Of a stretch of 64,000 bases of DNA, positions 28,910 to 39,200 are shown in pieces. Numbering within the stretch: the stretch's first letter is position 1; every line of letters starts with the position of its first letter. Location: positions 32,001-96,000 of IMG/VR virus record IMGVR_UViG_2595698902_000001, one strand, 5' to 3'. The stretch comes from a virus. Its lineage: Duplodnaviria > Caudoviricetes. The translations under genes were made by a program, and so were the position numbers. The notes beneath the pieces are model-generated. The model had not been told where the DNA came from, did no database searches, and saw only the letters and a list, made by a program, of their open reading frames with translations.

Positions 28910-29481
28910 GCTTCATCCTCTTTCGGCAAAGCGTGAACCATAATCACCGGCAATTCGTTTGCACGCACGTAGTCTTGGGCCTCGCACACAAGCGGCATTT
29001 GCAGATTCAAATTGAAAAGCAGGTAGGCGTCCGGGTGAGCGGCCACCTGCGAATCAAACAGATTGGAAACTGCCGCAATATCTTTGGTTTCCAGAACATG
29101 CACGGCATCGAAGGAAGTGGCGCCAGTGCTGACAGTCACCGCGCCTTCCGATTCATCCGACAATACATACAAATTATACGGCTTGTAACCTTCCAACAAT
29201 TTGCGCTGAATTTGCGTCAATTCAAACACGACCATATTGCTATGCAGCAGGTCGGTCATGATGAGGTGCATGAAATCAAGGTTTGTTCCGTAGGCACCGA
29301 CATAAACCGGCTCGCCAGTTTCCTCGATTTGTTGCAGCACATGCGCATGGGCGTCATGCAGAACAGATGCGGTATCTTCCAGAATAACCACGGTTTCGCA
29401 ATCTGCCAGTTTGCTACCAACAAGGGAAGCCATAACCGCCGTTTGCTCAACGCCAAATTCTGCATAAACAAAAGCTTTCAT
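28894..29481 (-). CDS. Hypothetical protein
   Basis: 195 aa tiling the operon. Confidence 0.6.
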   Translation of the reverse strand: MKAFVYAEFGVEQTAVMASLVGSKLADCETVVILEDTASVLHDAHAHVLQQIEETGEPVYVGAYGTNLDFMHLIMTDLLHSNMVVFELTQIQRKLLEGYKPYNLYVLSDESEGAVTVSTGATSFDAVHVLETKDIAAVSNLFDSQVAAHPDAYLLFNLNLQMPLVCEAQDYVRANELPVIMVHALPKEDEAWLAV

Positions 29482-30014
29482 AGTAATACCTGTTCTGGTC
29501 GGGAAAGAACCTTGACCAGCTCAACCATGTTGCGGAACATGTAGTTGGCTTTATCAATGTCCTCAATGATGATTTTTGCAGCCTTTTCCAGCACTGCAAC
29601 GTCGCTCTGGAATTCGTAAAACTGTTTCATGGACGATTCCACGAATGCCTTACGTTCTGTTGCCGTCGCGATCACCTTGAAATTGCCTGCATATTCTGAC
29701 AGCAGATAATCGCGCACATTGGAAAGCGTGCGGGTCATGGCGTCGTTAATCTTGGCACAGTCGCCAAGGATTTCCGCACACCGGGATCGAACGGCTTGGT
29801 CTTGCAGCATTGCCTCTGCAAGTTTTTCAGGGAAAGAACGGGAACGTTTGCGACGTAACTCTCGCGTGATACGGGTGGCGTGGAGGCGCTGCAACTCAGA
29901 ATGCAACTCAGCAAAATCAAGATTGTATGCCGGGTTGCCTTGGAAGTTTTTCAGGAATTGCTTGAATCGCGAATCCCGTTTGATAACGCGGCGCAGCGCT
30001 CCAATATCCGACAT
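29478..30014 (-). CDS. Helical hypothetical protein (possible UvsY-like recombination mediator)
   Basis: 178 aa, all-helical heptad pattern, near the UvsW-like helicase; function speculative. Confidence 0.4.
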   Translation of the reverse strand: MSDIGALRRVIKRDSRFKQFLKNFQGNPAYNLDFAELHSELQRLHATRITRELRRKRSRSFPEKLAEAMLQDQAVRSRCAEILGDCAKINDAMTRTLSNVRDYLLSEYAGNFKVIATATERKAFVESSMKQFYEFQSDVAVLEKAAKIIIEDIDKANYMFRNMVELVKVLSRPEQVLL

Positions 30015-30018
30015 TGAT

Positions 30019-30441
30019 TTACACCTCTTCCGCTTGTGGAATCGCCGAGCTGTAATGACCGGCCATCGCGATCAGGAAGGAAGCCACAGACAAAACAAAT
30101 TCGTGATGAATATGCGGCAGATTCAGCGGCTCCGGTTCACCCCACGGGAACATACGCCAGCTGCGGCGATACCAGATATTCACGTCTGCCAGTTTGTTGA
30201 TTTCTTGGCCCAGTGCTTCGGCTTCGGCTACGTCTTCTGCGCTAGGCTCGGCGTGGAAACGTACCCACTGGTCAAGGTCTTTCACACCCGCGATATAATA
30301 TTCGCGCTCTTCCGGCGTCAGCTCTTCCCATTTGCGCCACTTATAGCCGCATAGCGCTGCGTAAGAGGCGATCATGCAATAGGCCATAAAGGCGTTTTGC
30401 GGTTCATCGTAAACAACATAAGTGGTTTCGTATTGGCTCAT
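30019..30441 (-). CDS. Hypothetical protein
   Basis: 140 aa ORF. Confidence 0.6.
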   Translation of the reverse strand: MSQYETTYVVYDEPQNAFMAYCMIASYAALCGYKWRKWEELTPEEREYYIAGVKDLDQWVRFHAEPSAEDVAEAEALGQEINKLADVNIWYRRSWRMFPWGEPEPLNLPHIHHEFVLSVASFLIAMAGHYSSAIPQAEEV

Positions 30442-30881
30442 GATTCCGTCACCAGATAAGGGGAATCGGCGTGGCCGCTAATGGCCAACACCGATCCAGT
30501 GCCTGTCTTGAATATTAACAGTTTTTGCTTGTACGACGTTACCGGCATCTGTTCAAAATCAAACGACTCGCGCTTATTGCACGATACGATCAGCTTATGC
30601 TCAGACAGATCGGCCTTTGACGCATCCGCGACAACGAACAAATGCCCGTAGATTGAACCACGGGCATTCACGAAGTTGTACATTTTGCAGAAGCGGTTTA
30701 ACTCATACGGATTTTCGTAGTCAATGTGCATTGGCGTGTTCACCAACGGACGAAAAAACAAACCGATATGGTAGCCGTCGTGTGCGCTTCCGAACTCTTC
30801 AAAAACATCCACTTGGCGAACCGTATGCGTGAACGTATCCGCCAAGCTAAAAATTGGACTTACATCCGGGCGCCTAATCAT
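30438..30881 (-). CDS. Hypothetical protein
   Basis: 147 aa, ATGA-coupled. Confidence 0.6.
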   Translation of the reverse strand: MIRRPDVSPIFSLADTFTHTVRQVDVFEEFGSAHDGYHIGLFFRPLVNTPMHIDYENPYELNRFCKMYNFVNARGSIYGHLFVVADASKADLSEHKLIVSCNKRESFDFEQMPVTSYKQKLLIFKTGTGSVLAISGHADSPYLVTES

Positions 30882-32020
30882 TTGGCCTCGTCGTATGTTC
30901 CGATCAGCGTGAGTTTACCGCCATCGACTTTTGTTTCCAGCCGGTAGGAGGACATGGCGCCCACCACCTTGTAAAAATTCATGTCGATTTCGATACCAGA
31001 AACTTTACCGAACAGGTCCATGAAAATGCGCGGGTCTACGCGAATATCCAGAGGCTTGCCGGTTACGCTGGCTTTGAATTTGTCAGAGACGCGACCGGCT
31101 TTACCCTGCACGCTCATGGTTGCTTCTTTCGCTTCAAGTTTCAAAGCCATTTTTGTTTCACCGTCCGACAGCACAGCCATGTTCGATACAACCGAAACGG
31201 CTTTGGTGTCGAAGGTCATTGCGCTAATGGTTTTCAGATCATCCAGCGCATTATTGTACTGCACGGCCTGCCCTACGTCGCCGTATATCAACTGGCCTTC
31301 TGGTAGCGATACCAAAAACGTGTCGCTGGTGGCTCGCACGCGACCGCCTTCAATAGAAAAAGAGATTTCATCGGAATCAATGAATTTCTCCAACACACCG
31401 AACGCTTTGGCAGGCAATGCAGTCTTGAGCGGTACGGCATTTTTCACTTTGGTTTTGAACAGTGCGACGTGGTGTTCGTCGTGGCAGTACACACGCATTA
31501 TCTTTTCGCCGACTTCAAAAATAATCGGCAATTCCGAACCGCCGTAGAAGTCGGTCAGGCGTACCCGCTTCACTGCATCGCGCAGTTTTGTCACAACTTC
31601 TTTTGGCATCGGTTTGGCTTTCTTGCCGACCATCTGATGCTCAAGCATTTGGATATCGTCAGCGTCGAAGTCTACCGCGTCAATTTGCGCAGTGAAATTG
31701 CCTTTCTTTTCCTTGAATGCGATCTTGCCACCGCCCGATTTGAAAACACAATCACTTCGGGATTTTAGCAGGCCGCACAACAGCATGGCGTCCACGCGAA
31801 TGGTGCCGGATTTCGTCGCTTCGCCATCGATCTTGGCACACGCCAGCGCATCGGTGGACGTGCCGATCAGGTAAACGCCTTTGCCTTTTTCGCTGGCAAT
31901 AATAAACTTGGCGTCGTCCGCTTTAATGTAGGTTGTAACGTTGTTGATCTTGGCGAACGTGGCGGCAATATCCTTGCCGTTCGCGATGAATTCCAGCTCG
32001 TTACCTTCGTGTAATTTCAT
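30878..32020 (-). CDS. dnaN: DNA polymerase III beta-type sliding clamp
   Basis: 380 aa, three-domain beta-clamp pattern (G.IRVDA..L..LLK; LPAKAF..L; LDIRVDPRIFMDL); just downstream of the DNA polymerase. Confidence 0.78.
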   Translation of the reverse strand: MKLHEGNELEFIANGKDIAATFAKINNVTTYIKADDAKFIIASEKGKGVYLIGTSTDALACAKIDGEATKSGTIRVDAMLLCGLLKSRSDCVFKSGGGKIAFKEKKGNFTAQIDAVDFDADDIQMLEHQMVGKKAKPMPKEVVTKLRDAVKRVRLTDFYGGSELPIIFEVGEKIMRVYCHDEHHVALFKTKVKNAVPLKTALPAKAFGVLEKFIDSDEISFSIEGGRVRATSDTFLVSLPEGQLIYGDVGQAVQYNNALDDLKTISAMTFDTKAVSVVSNMAVLSDGETKMALKLEAKEATMSVQGKAGRVSDKFKASVTGKPLDIRVDPRIFMDLFGKVSGIEIDMNFYKVVGAMSSYRLETKVDGGKLTLIGTYDEAK

Positions 32021-32382
32021 TGTTTTGTGTATCCGAAAATTGGCGCAAATTCGTAAGGCGTCATGGTGACGCGAGCGATCAGGGTTTCCGACTCTTCCTC
32101 ATACAGCAGGAAGCAATTCCAGTGGAAAACAAGTTGGAAACTATGCAGCACTCGGGATTCCAAAGTGTCGATCAGCATGTTCAGCGATTCGCTGGTGGCA
32201 ACCAGATCAAATTCACCGTCGTACACATGCTGGATGCACTGTTGCAGAAATTCCTGAAACTGCGCAAGGCGCGGATCAGTATCGTCCACGCCATGCACGT
32301 CAAACGCTATCAGGTGGATGGGAGAACCTTCTAGATTTTCACACCCTTCTTCTTCCAATATTTCGCCTGTTTCAGCGCCCAT
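32017..32382 (-). CDS. Hypothetical acidic protein
   Basis: 121 aa between polymerase and clamp; start uncertain. Confidence 0.5.
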   Translation of the reverse strand: MGAETGEILEEEGCENLEGSPIHLIAFDVHGVDDTDPRLAQFQEFLQQCIQHVYDGEFDLVATSESLNMLIDTLESRVLHSFQLVFHWNCFLLYEEESETLIARVTMTPYEFAPIFGYTKQ

Positions 32383-35282
32383 TCGGGTCCGTCCTCTTTC
32401 ATACGGCTCATGATTAGTTTCATTGTCTTCTTAACGTCCACGTCGTACTTGAGCACGTCGCGCTGGCCTTCCAGAGTCTTTTTCAGAATCGTATCAAGGC
32501 TGTCCTTGTCTTTCATCCCGAAATCACCAGTGAGCGAATAGTTCCAGCCTTCGCACTGGTCGAGCGCATAACCAAATTCAAAGTCGATTGCCAACGGAAT
32601 GTCGAACTTGAATCCATGACGTTCAATCATCTGTTCTTCCACAGCAGAAGTCAGACCTTTTTCGATCATGGTAATTGCAAGCCAAACGTCCTCGTATGCG
32701 CAACTGAATTCGAGGGAGTCGTGTACGCTGTTCGCCTGAATGAAATCAGGATAATGGCCGGTCTTTTGGTAATGCTCAAAACGCTGGCGTTCAATCTGCC
32801 GTGCGCCTGTCATCATAAAGTCAGAACCCATGCCCTGTACTGGACTGTTTACAGATTGACGCTCAGAACGCGACAGGATGTTGCCCGCGTCTTCGTGTGA
32901 TTGCGGAGTCATCAGGCCCCACAGGTTACGACGACGGCCAAGCGGCGATTCCACATACAGGAATTTTCGTGCATGTTCTTTGATCTTGTCGAACCAACCT
33001 GCTCCCACCGGGAAGCGTTTAAAGAACTTGGTTGTCAGATCACGAACCATTTCCACCGTGGCGTCAATCGCCTTGGCAGTACCCTTTTCACCCTGTTGGT
33101 AAATCAGACCGAAAATTACCTGCTTAACGCTGTCCCGTTTCGGCTTCTCAATTTTCTCAATTGGAATTCGGAAGAAGAACGATGCGTTAACCTTGTGAAT
33201 GTCACCCTTGAGTTCCCATTCCTGCCCGAGTTCCTTGTTAGGTGCGGTGCGGAAACGGTCGCGCAAATCCATACCAACACGGAATGCTTTTGCTACATCT
33301 TTGTCGCCGGAAATCAGCGACCAGCAACGGACTTCGTGAACCGCATAGTCCACCTTGATAATGATTCGGCCTTTCGGCGAAACAAAAAGACGTTTGATCA
33401 GCTTACCCATTTTGCTTCGCGTTGGAATCGTCTGCAAAGTAGGATCGCGTGCCGATGTTCGACCGGTCACAACGTCAAGGTAGCCAAAGCGTGGCCGCAT
33501 ACAACGGTCATAACGGAAGTCTTCATCCTCCGACCACTTCTTAATAAAGCTTTTGACGTATGCGTTGTACAGCTTCTCGATTTTGGTCAGCTCGGTGAAC
33601 AAGGCAATCTCAGGAACATCCTTATATTTCTTCTGGAAGTCCTTGTCGATTTTGCCCTTGCCTTTCTTGTTGACCGACAGCGGTTTCAGCTTGAGCACTT
33701 CAAAGAACAAAAGCTCTTTGTGCTCGGATTTCCTGATGCTGAATAGCTGGGTTTTCGTGCGACCGAACAGGCCCATAGACGGCACGCCTGCGCGCTTCGC
33801 CAAAAGCTTGTTGGCTTTCTGCACACCCTCGGACGCATACAGCTCTTTGACGACGCGGTTACGTTCCTTAACAATGTGCGAATCTTTCGACTTCAACTGG
33901 AACAGCCAATCGATATCAACGAACGAACCGTTGAATTCAAGGTTGCTCAGCGTGTGAATCTGGTCGCTCAATTGGTGCGATACTACAGATTCGTATTTCT
34001 TGTAGCCAATTGTCTTAGCGTATTTCATTTGCAGACGATGAATATGCAGCAGCACGATCACGTCCACGGCCATGTACGTAAGCACCGGCCCTTCTAGTTC
34101 CATGTCCGCGATGAACGCCCGCTGCTCTTTACCGAAATCGGATTCGTAGTAAGCGCGACAGCCGTACTGCATCGTGATATTCAAAAGCGAATAATAGTTC
34201 CGCCCTGTAATACCGCGAATCGCTTTGTGGTTTTCATCCTTGGCAAACTCCGCCGCGATAACACACCACAGGCGGGTTTTGAACCAACGCACCCCGAGGT
34301 CACGACGCGCTGCAATCAGGTCGAACGCGGCGTTAGCGTAGAGGTTGTATTTGTTCTTGGATTTGTACTCGAAGTAATCCCGCAATTCCTTTTTGATATA
34401 CTCCAGCTCTTTCGGCAAGAACGGCGTATCCTTGTGGAACAGAGGGAGGATGAATGCCCTGCCGGTTTCCGTCGCAAACTGATACGTTACCGTATAGTTT
34501 TTTCGCCGGTTAAGCGACCGGGACTCGGTGTCGATAGCCACCACTTCGGCGTTGATAATCACCTTCATCATTTTGTCGAATTTCTTAATCGTATCTACCA
34601 TCACGATTTCATAATCCAACTTCGGAACCTTGTACATCAACTTGCCGTCATTGAGGGCAGTAGTCAGGTTCCGCGACACGTAACCAGCAGCCGCCATCGT
34701 TTCGTCGTCTTTCTGCAACGAACGAAGCGACAGGGTAGAAACGTGTTTGAATTTGTGGCGTTTGTCTTTGTGCGTAACCGTGGTTGAAATCGGCACGCCA
34801 TAGAAGTGTTGCCACTGAATGCCTTTGTTGCCGACGTGTTGCGAAATGTAATCGCCGTTTAGTGCTTTGGTCGGATCAGGTCCGAACGTTACAACGGTGT
34901 CCGGTTTGTAAGTGGTGATAATGTATTCAAGACGTTTCTTGAATTCCGCATGTGCAATTTCCATGAACGCAGGCACACCGCCTACGGTCTTAAAGCTGTG
35001 ATAGGAAATCGCCAACCAATTGTAATCGTCAAGCTTGTTCGGGGCCTTGTTGTAATCCTCAGCAGCCCATATCAGGTTGCCGAACAAATCCCCTGTAGCG
35101 CCATCGAAAATTTTCTTTCGACGGAGTGCCTCCCCCGGCATGTAGTCCAAAACAAACAGAATTTTCCCACGCGGCTTTTTGGTTGTGTGCTTCGCCAGTT
35201 GTACGTCATCGAAGCCGGTAACGTCGTACTGCCTTAGCGCCTTGCCGTATTTGTGGGTAAACTCTACATATTCATACTTCAT
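32331..35282 (-). CDS. polA: Family A DNA polymerase with N-terminal UDG-like domain and 3'-5' exonuclease
   Basis: UDG-fold N-terminus (KILFVLD.PG...FDGATG; KPDTVVTFG); ExoI IDTES, ExoII NAAFD, ExoIII YMAVD; TGRTS..P.LQ.IP; motif A DYAVHEVR; motif B R..K...FGLIY; NSPVQG; motif C VHDS. Confidence 0.95.
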   Translation of the reverse strand: MKYEYVEFTHKYGKALRQYDVTGFDDVQLAKHTTKKPRGKILFVLDYMPGEALRRKKIFDGATGDLFGNLIWAAEDYNKAPNKLDDYNWLAISYHSFKTVGGVPAFMEIAHAEFKKRLEYIITTYKPDTVVTFGPDPTKALNGDYISQHVGNKGIQWQHFYGVPISTTVTHKDKRHKFKHVSTLSLRSLQKDDETMAAAGYVSRNLTTALNDGKLMYKVPKLDYEIVMVDTIKKFDKMMKVIINAEVVAIDTESRSLNRRKNYTVTYQFATETGRAFILPLFHKDTPFLPKELEYIKKELRDYFEYKSKNKYNLYANAAFDLIAARRDLGVRWFKTRLWCVIAAEFAKDENHKAIRGITGRNYYSLLNITMQYGCRAYYESDFGKEQRAFIADMELEGPVLTYMAVDVIVLLHIHRLQMKYAKTIGYKKYESVVSHQLSDQIHTLSNLEFNGSFVDIDWLFQLKSKDSHIVKERNRVVKELYASEGVQKANKLLAKRAGVPSMGLFGRTKTQLFSIRKSEHKELLFFEVLKLKPLSVNKKGKGKIDKDFQKKYKDVPEIALFTELTKIEKLYNAYVKSFIKKWSEDEDFRYDRCMRPRFGYLDVVTGRTSARDPTLQTIPTRSKMGKLIKRLFVSPKGRIIIKVDYAVHEVRCWSLISGDKDVAKAFRVGMDLRDRFRTAPNKELGQEWELKGDIHKVNASFFFRIPIEKIEKPKRDSVKQVIFGLIYQQGEKGTAKAIDATVEMVRDLTTKFFKRFPVGAGWFDKIKEHARKFLYVESPLGRRRNLWGLMTPQSHEDAGNILSRSERQSVNSPVQGMGSDFMMTGARQIERQRFEHYQKTGHYPDFIQANSVHDSLEFSCAYEDVWLAITMIEKGLTSAVEEQMIERHGFKFDIPLAIDFEFGYALDQCEGWNYSLTGDFGMKDKDSLDTILKKTLEGQRDVLKYDVDVKKTMKLIMSRMKEDGPEWALKQAKYWKKKGVKI

Positions 35283-35316
35283 AGCATGACCCGCAATATG
35301 TGAACCCCATGTCCTA

Positions 35317-35326
35317 TATTTACAGT
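35317..35326 (-). promoter_or_regulatory. Putative phage promoter ACTGTAAATA
   Basis: Between a terminator and the DNA polymerase start (35 nt). Confidence 0.72.
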
Positions 35327-35338
35327 TTTCGCAGACAC

Positions 35339-35374
35339 AAAAAACCCGCCAGTCCCTAATGAGAAAGGCGGGTT
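35339..35374 (-). terminator. Rho-independent terminator
   Basis: AACCCGCC...GGCGGG-TTTTTT. Confidence 0.8.
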
Positions 35375-35379
35375 AGTCG

Positions 35380-35862
35380 TTAGAACAGACGCACATACCG
35401 ACAGATTTCATCGATACGGTCTTTGCACTCTTGCGGTGTTTCGTAGGCGAAGTGCTGGCGCCCCATCGTCAGCAGTGTTTCACTGGCGAGAGAGCGCACA
35501 CCTAGCTGCGTGTAAACTTCCCAGTTGATAGGAAGTTCATAAAGGCTTTTCGGCCCACCACGCAAAACTACTACGGGTTTGTGTTGGGGAGCCGCGTCGA
35601 TGAATCCCAAAAATCTAGGATGATCTTTCCACAACATCAAAGCGTATTCGGTGTCAGGAATTTCCTGAGTGGAAACGCCGTCGTCCAGCCCGTCAATCCG
35701 TGGTCCCCAAAACTCGCCAGAACCTAGACCGAAAAAGCCGAACAAATCAGACGTAAAGTGACCGGCCACCAATTGCGGGAAATTGGTAGTTAGAATCCGG
35801 TACTCTTTTCCGTTCACCTTGAGGTAGGCGTAGTGAAGCGCGATTTCACTACGCGTCATCAT
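35380..35862 (-). CDS. Hypothetical protein
   Basis: 160 aa ORF. Confidence 0.6.
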   Translation of the reverse strand: MMTRSEIALHYAYLKVNGKEYRILTTNFPQLVAGHFTSDLFGFFGLGSGEFWGPRIDGLDDGVSTQEIPDTEYALMLWKDHPRFLGFIDAAPQHKPVVVLRGGPKSLYELPINWEVYTQLGVRSLASETLLTMGRQHFAYETPQECKDRIDEICRYVRLF

Positions 35863-36226
35863 CGCCGCTTTCCTCGTTTGTTTCGGGGCGCACGCTCACC
35901 GGATTCGGAATCGGATTCGGCGTCGGCGTCACCGGCTTTGGGGCACGGGTACGCGTCTTAATGATTTCTGCCATTTTTTCCGGCGTCATGCTGCGGTGAT
36001 TCAGCAGGCGCTTTCCGTCCCAATACAAACCCTTCGGCAATTTGCCTTTTGGTGCGAATGGCAAACCGTTAGACGGTACGCCCGGAACGTATGCGTCTTC
36101 GCGCTCAAAAGCTTGTTTTGCGCGAATGCTTTCGCCACTCCAAATGCCGTCAATGGCACCCTTGTAAAAACCGAGGAACGCCAGCACGACCTGTTGCGCC
36201 ATCAGTTCTGCTTTACCAGTTTGCAT
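35849..36226 (-). CDS. Peptidoglycan-binding (PG_binding_1-like) domain protein with Pro-rich tail
   Basis: QQVVLAFLGFYKGAIDGIWSGESIRAKQAFE matches Q..L..LG.Y.G.iDG..G..T..A...FQ; GGAGG RBS. Confidence 0.7.
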   Translation of the reverse strand: MQTGKAELMAQQVVLAFLGFYKGAIDGIWSGESIRAKQAFEREDAYVPGVPSNGLPFAPKGKLPKGLYWDGKRLLNHRSMTPEKMAEIIKTRTRAPKPVTPTPNPIPNPVSVRPETNEESGDDDA

Positions 36227-36268
36227 AAATCCTCCAGTGCTAAATGGGCCTTCCTTGGCCCGTGCTAC

Positions 36269-39200
36269 TTAGCGGGTTTTGTATTTGAAGTTGATTTCGG
36301 TCAACTCTTTGATCGCTTGTTCTTTGTTCGACACAGTGACGTTGCGCGCCACTTCGTTGATCTTGGAACGCAGATCAGTTTTGTTTTTACCGAAATACAT
36401 CCACTCGCCATCACTGCGCTGCCACTTCACACCACCGCCCGGAATTGCTTTGCCAATGTGTTTGACAATGGCTGGGTTAGTGCGAATGTCCACGCAAAGC
36501 ATAACGTGCTCCTCGGTGAAAATCGGGAATACACGAACGGCTTTGCGGTTGCTGCTCATGCGTTTCTGCACGGCAAAGAATGCAGGCAGCTCACTTACCG
36601 GGGCCAGCTCAAGGCTGTACCAAAGTTTGTGAGTGTTTTTCGTACCCGTTTCAAAGGCGCTGTTAAGCTTCTCGAATAGGGTGTTGAAGCGAGTGTCCAC
36701 TTCAAAGTTATCGTAGAACCACTCGTAAATCGTGTGGAACTTTTTCTTGTTGTTGACGGTGATATACGCGTAGGCCGGAGTATGCTTGAAGCCGAATTCT
36801 TTCAGGCTTACTTCCTGCTCGGTTTCCATCATGGCTTCCAGAGTTGCAAAGCCGTGGTAGTACGCCGGGTGCAGAGAAATAGACGCGACTTCTTCGTCTT
36901 CATATTCCAGCTCTTCGTCTTCCACCTCTTCCTGCATAACGCCCATGTTCGGATCGTCGGTCGGCTTGAGTTTCTTGCCGCCGCCAATCTTGATCACGCC
37001 GCCAGTATCGTAGATACCGTCGTTGAGCGGTTTGCCTTTCTTCTCGTTCTCTTCGCGCTTGTCGCCGTCCGCTTTTTCTTTCTTGATGATGCTTACGTCT
37101 TTCTTCTCTTGCGCTTCGCGGATTTTCCGCTCCTTTTCTTCCAGCTCTTCCTGAGCCTTACGCTGTTTCTCCAGACGGATATTGCGCTTGTTGTTCCGTT
37201 CCTCTTCGGTGTTGGTCGCGTCGGTCGAAACGTCGAAGTATTTCGCTTCGTGTTCCGGCGATACCGGGTTAGTAGCCATGTAGCACATGCTAACCGGGAT
37301 GTTTTGACGGGAATCCATACCAGCAGGAGGATTTTTCAGGTTCACAACGATACTGGAAATTTCCTTGCTTCCTTTCTTCTTCAAGCGGAAGCCAACAATT
37401 TTACCAGTACCCCACTCGGTCAGAGCGGGTTTAGTGCGCATCCGGGCAACGTGGTCGGCGGCAAATTCCTTGTCACGCAACAGAACTTCGACGTTTACCA
37501 GACCCCAGTTGTGCGGATCGTTTACCTGCATGTTTGGAACGAACGGACGCATTTCCATTTCTTTCGCGCCAGCCACGTTCGGAGCAGCTTCGATCACAAG
37601 CATTTCTGCTTTGTTTTTCGCACGCATTTCCGCGAATTCTTTCGCTTCCACGGAGTTCAGGGCTTTGTAGTTTGTAACCATGTCGCCGAATGGTTCATCA
37701 CGCAGACCTGCGGTAGTTGCCAGCATTTCGATACTGAGGGAAAGACGGCGATCTTCCTTCTCGGTCAATACTTCGGCATTATTCAACAAGTCTTGATACA
37801 GCGGGTTTGCAGCTTCGGTGATTCGTGCGATACCGAAAGTTTTGGAAATAACGCGAGCAAGTTTTGCAACTTCCATCGTGTTATCAGCCAGTACCCAGTC
37901 GAGGAACACAACGTCACGGGTAAGACCGCCAGTGCCTTTCGCCGCTTCAATTGCGCCCTTAGCGTCTGGTCGCCATACACGGGCTGCGGTTTGGTTCAGT
38001 GCGCCCGGACCCCAAGGGGCTTCGGCACGAATCATACGCGATGCCAATTGCAGGTTGTGACCTTCGGACATGCCCTGTTCGTTGGCGATCAGAATCTGAA
38101 TTTTGTCATCAGTTTTAAACTGGTTAAACATCTTGACTTTATCAGGTTCGTCACCAGTGAACTTCACAGCTTGATCTTTGTAGTTCGGCGGCAACGCATC
38201 GTAAACAGCGGACGCGGAGTGGTTGAAACGGGTGATAATGATCAGCTTGCCGCGAGGCTCAGCTTTCCAATATTCGCTGTTTTCGTCAGGCGGCAGACCG
38301 ATTTGCGAATCCGGCAATTTAACGCGAATTTCGCCGTCGGTGTATTTCCGCGCAACGTACAGCTGCCCGTTGTGCTCGACCAGATCAAGCTCGACGTATT
38401 GCTTATTGCGCTTCCACTGGTCAGGGTTGAAGTGCTTGTGAACGAGGTTAGCGATATACGACGCTTTCCGCGAAACAAAACCTTCGCCCATGTCGCCGAA
38501 TACTTCTTCAAACGCAGGATCGTACTGCGGAGCAATAATCAGACGCTCGAAACGTGCGAGGTGTTTCTCCCACATTTTCTGCGACAGATGCTCGCCAGCA
38601 AAGTCTTCGTCGTTATCCTCAAACTTATTGTCGCCTGCTGGGCCATCGTCTTCGGAGTCCCGGTCAACTTCGCGATCCAGCTCTTTGTTAGCAGCCTTTT
38701 CCGCTTTCTCTTTCTGAATCATCAAGTTTGCAATTTGTTCTGTGGTTTGTTTCAGAACAAGTTTGTACAGCTCTTCGTGCAAACGTTGCTGTTCGATTTC
38801 TGCCGGAGTAGTACCGTCCACGCCGTCGAAGTCCACCATTGGAACCGGGTGGAAACTCTCAATTGCAGACGGCAGCATGTAAGCCCAATCCTTTTTGTTT
38901 TTCACAATAAAGGAAATGTAGTTACTCAGCTTATCCACTGCGCGCTTACCGTTGAGCGGGGTAAACGTACCGATAACACGATCACCGGCTTTTACCACAC
39001 TTTCTTGTGCGTCGGCGTTCGGGTTAATGTTTGCAATGTCGCCAGCACGGAAAACGTGCGGAGCTTTCAGTGCAATTTGACCTTCGATATCCTTTGCACG
39101 GTCAGGCATGATCGTACCGGTCAACAGGCGCAACCATTTAACCGTAGTCGAAGTGGTCAGAGCCTTAACCGCACGGTGACGCGCAGACGTGAAGTTTTTC

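Noticed and set aside
30019-30441. Faint resemblance to phage RyR-domain proteins (W..L....R.....GV)
   Set aside because: The characteristic GW.YG and HP..VP motifs are absent; too weak to call.
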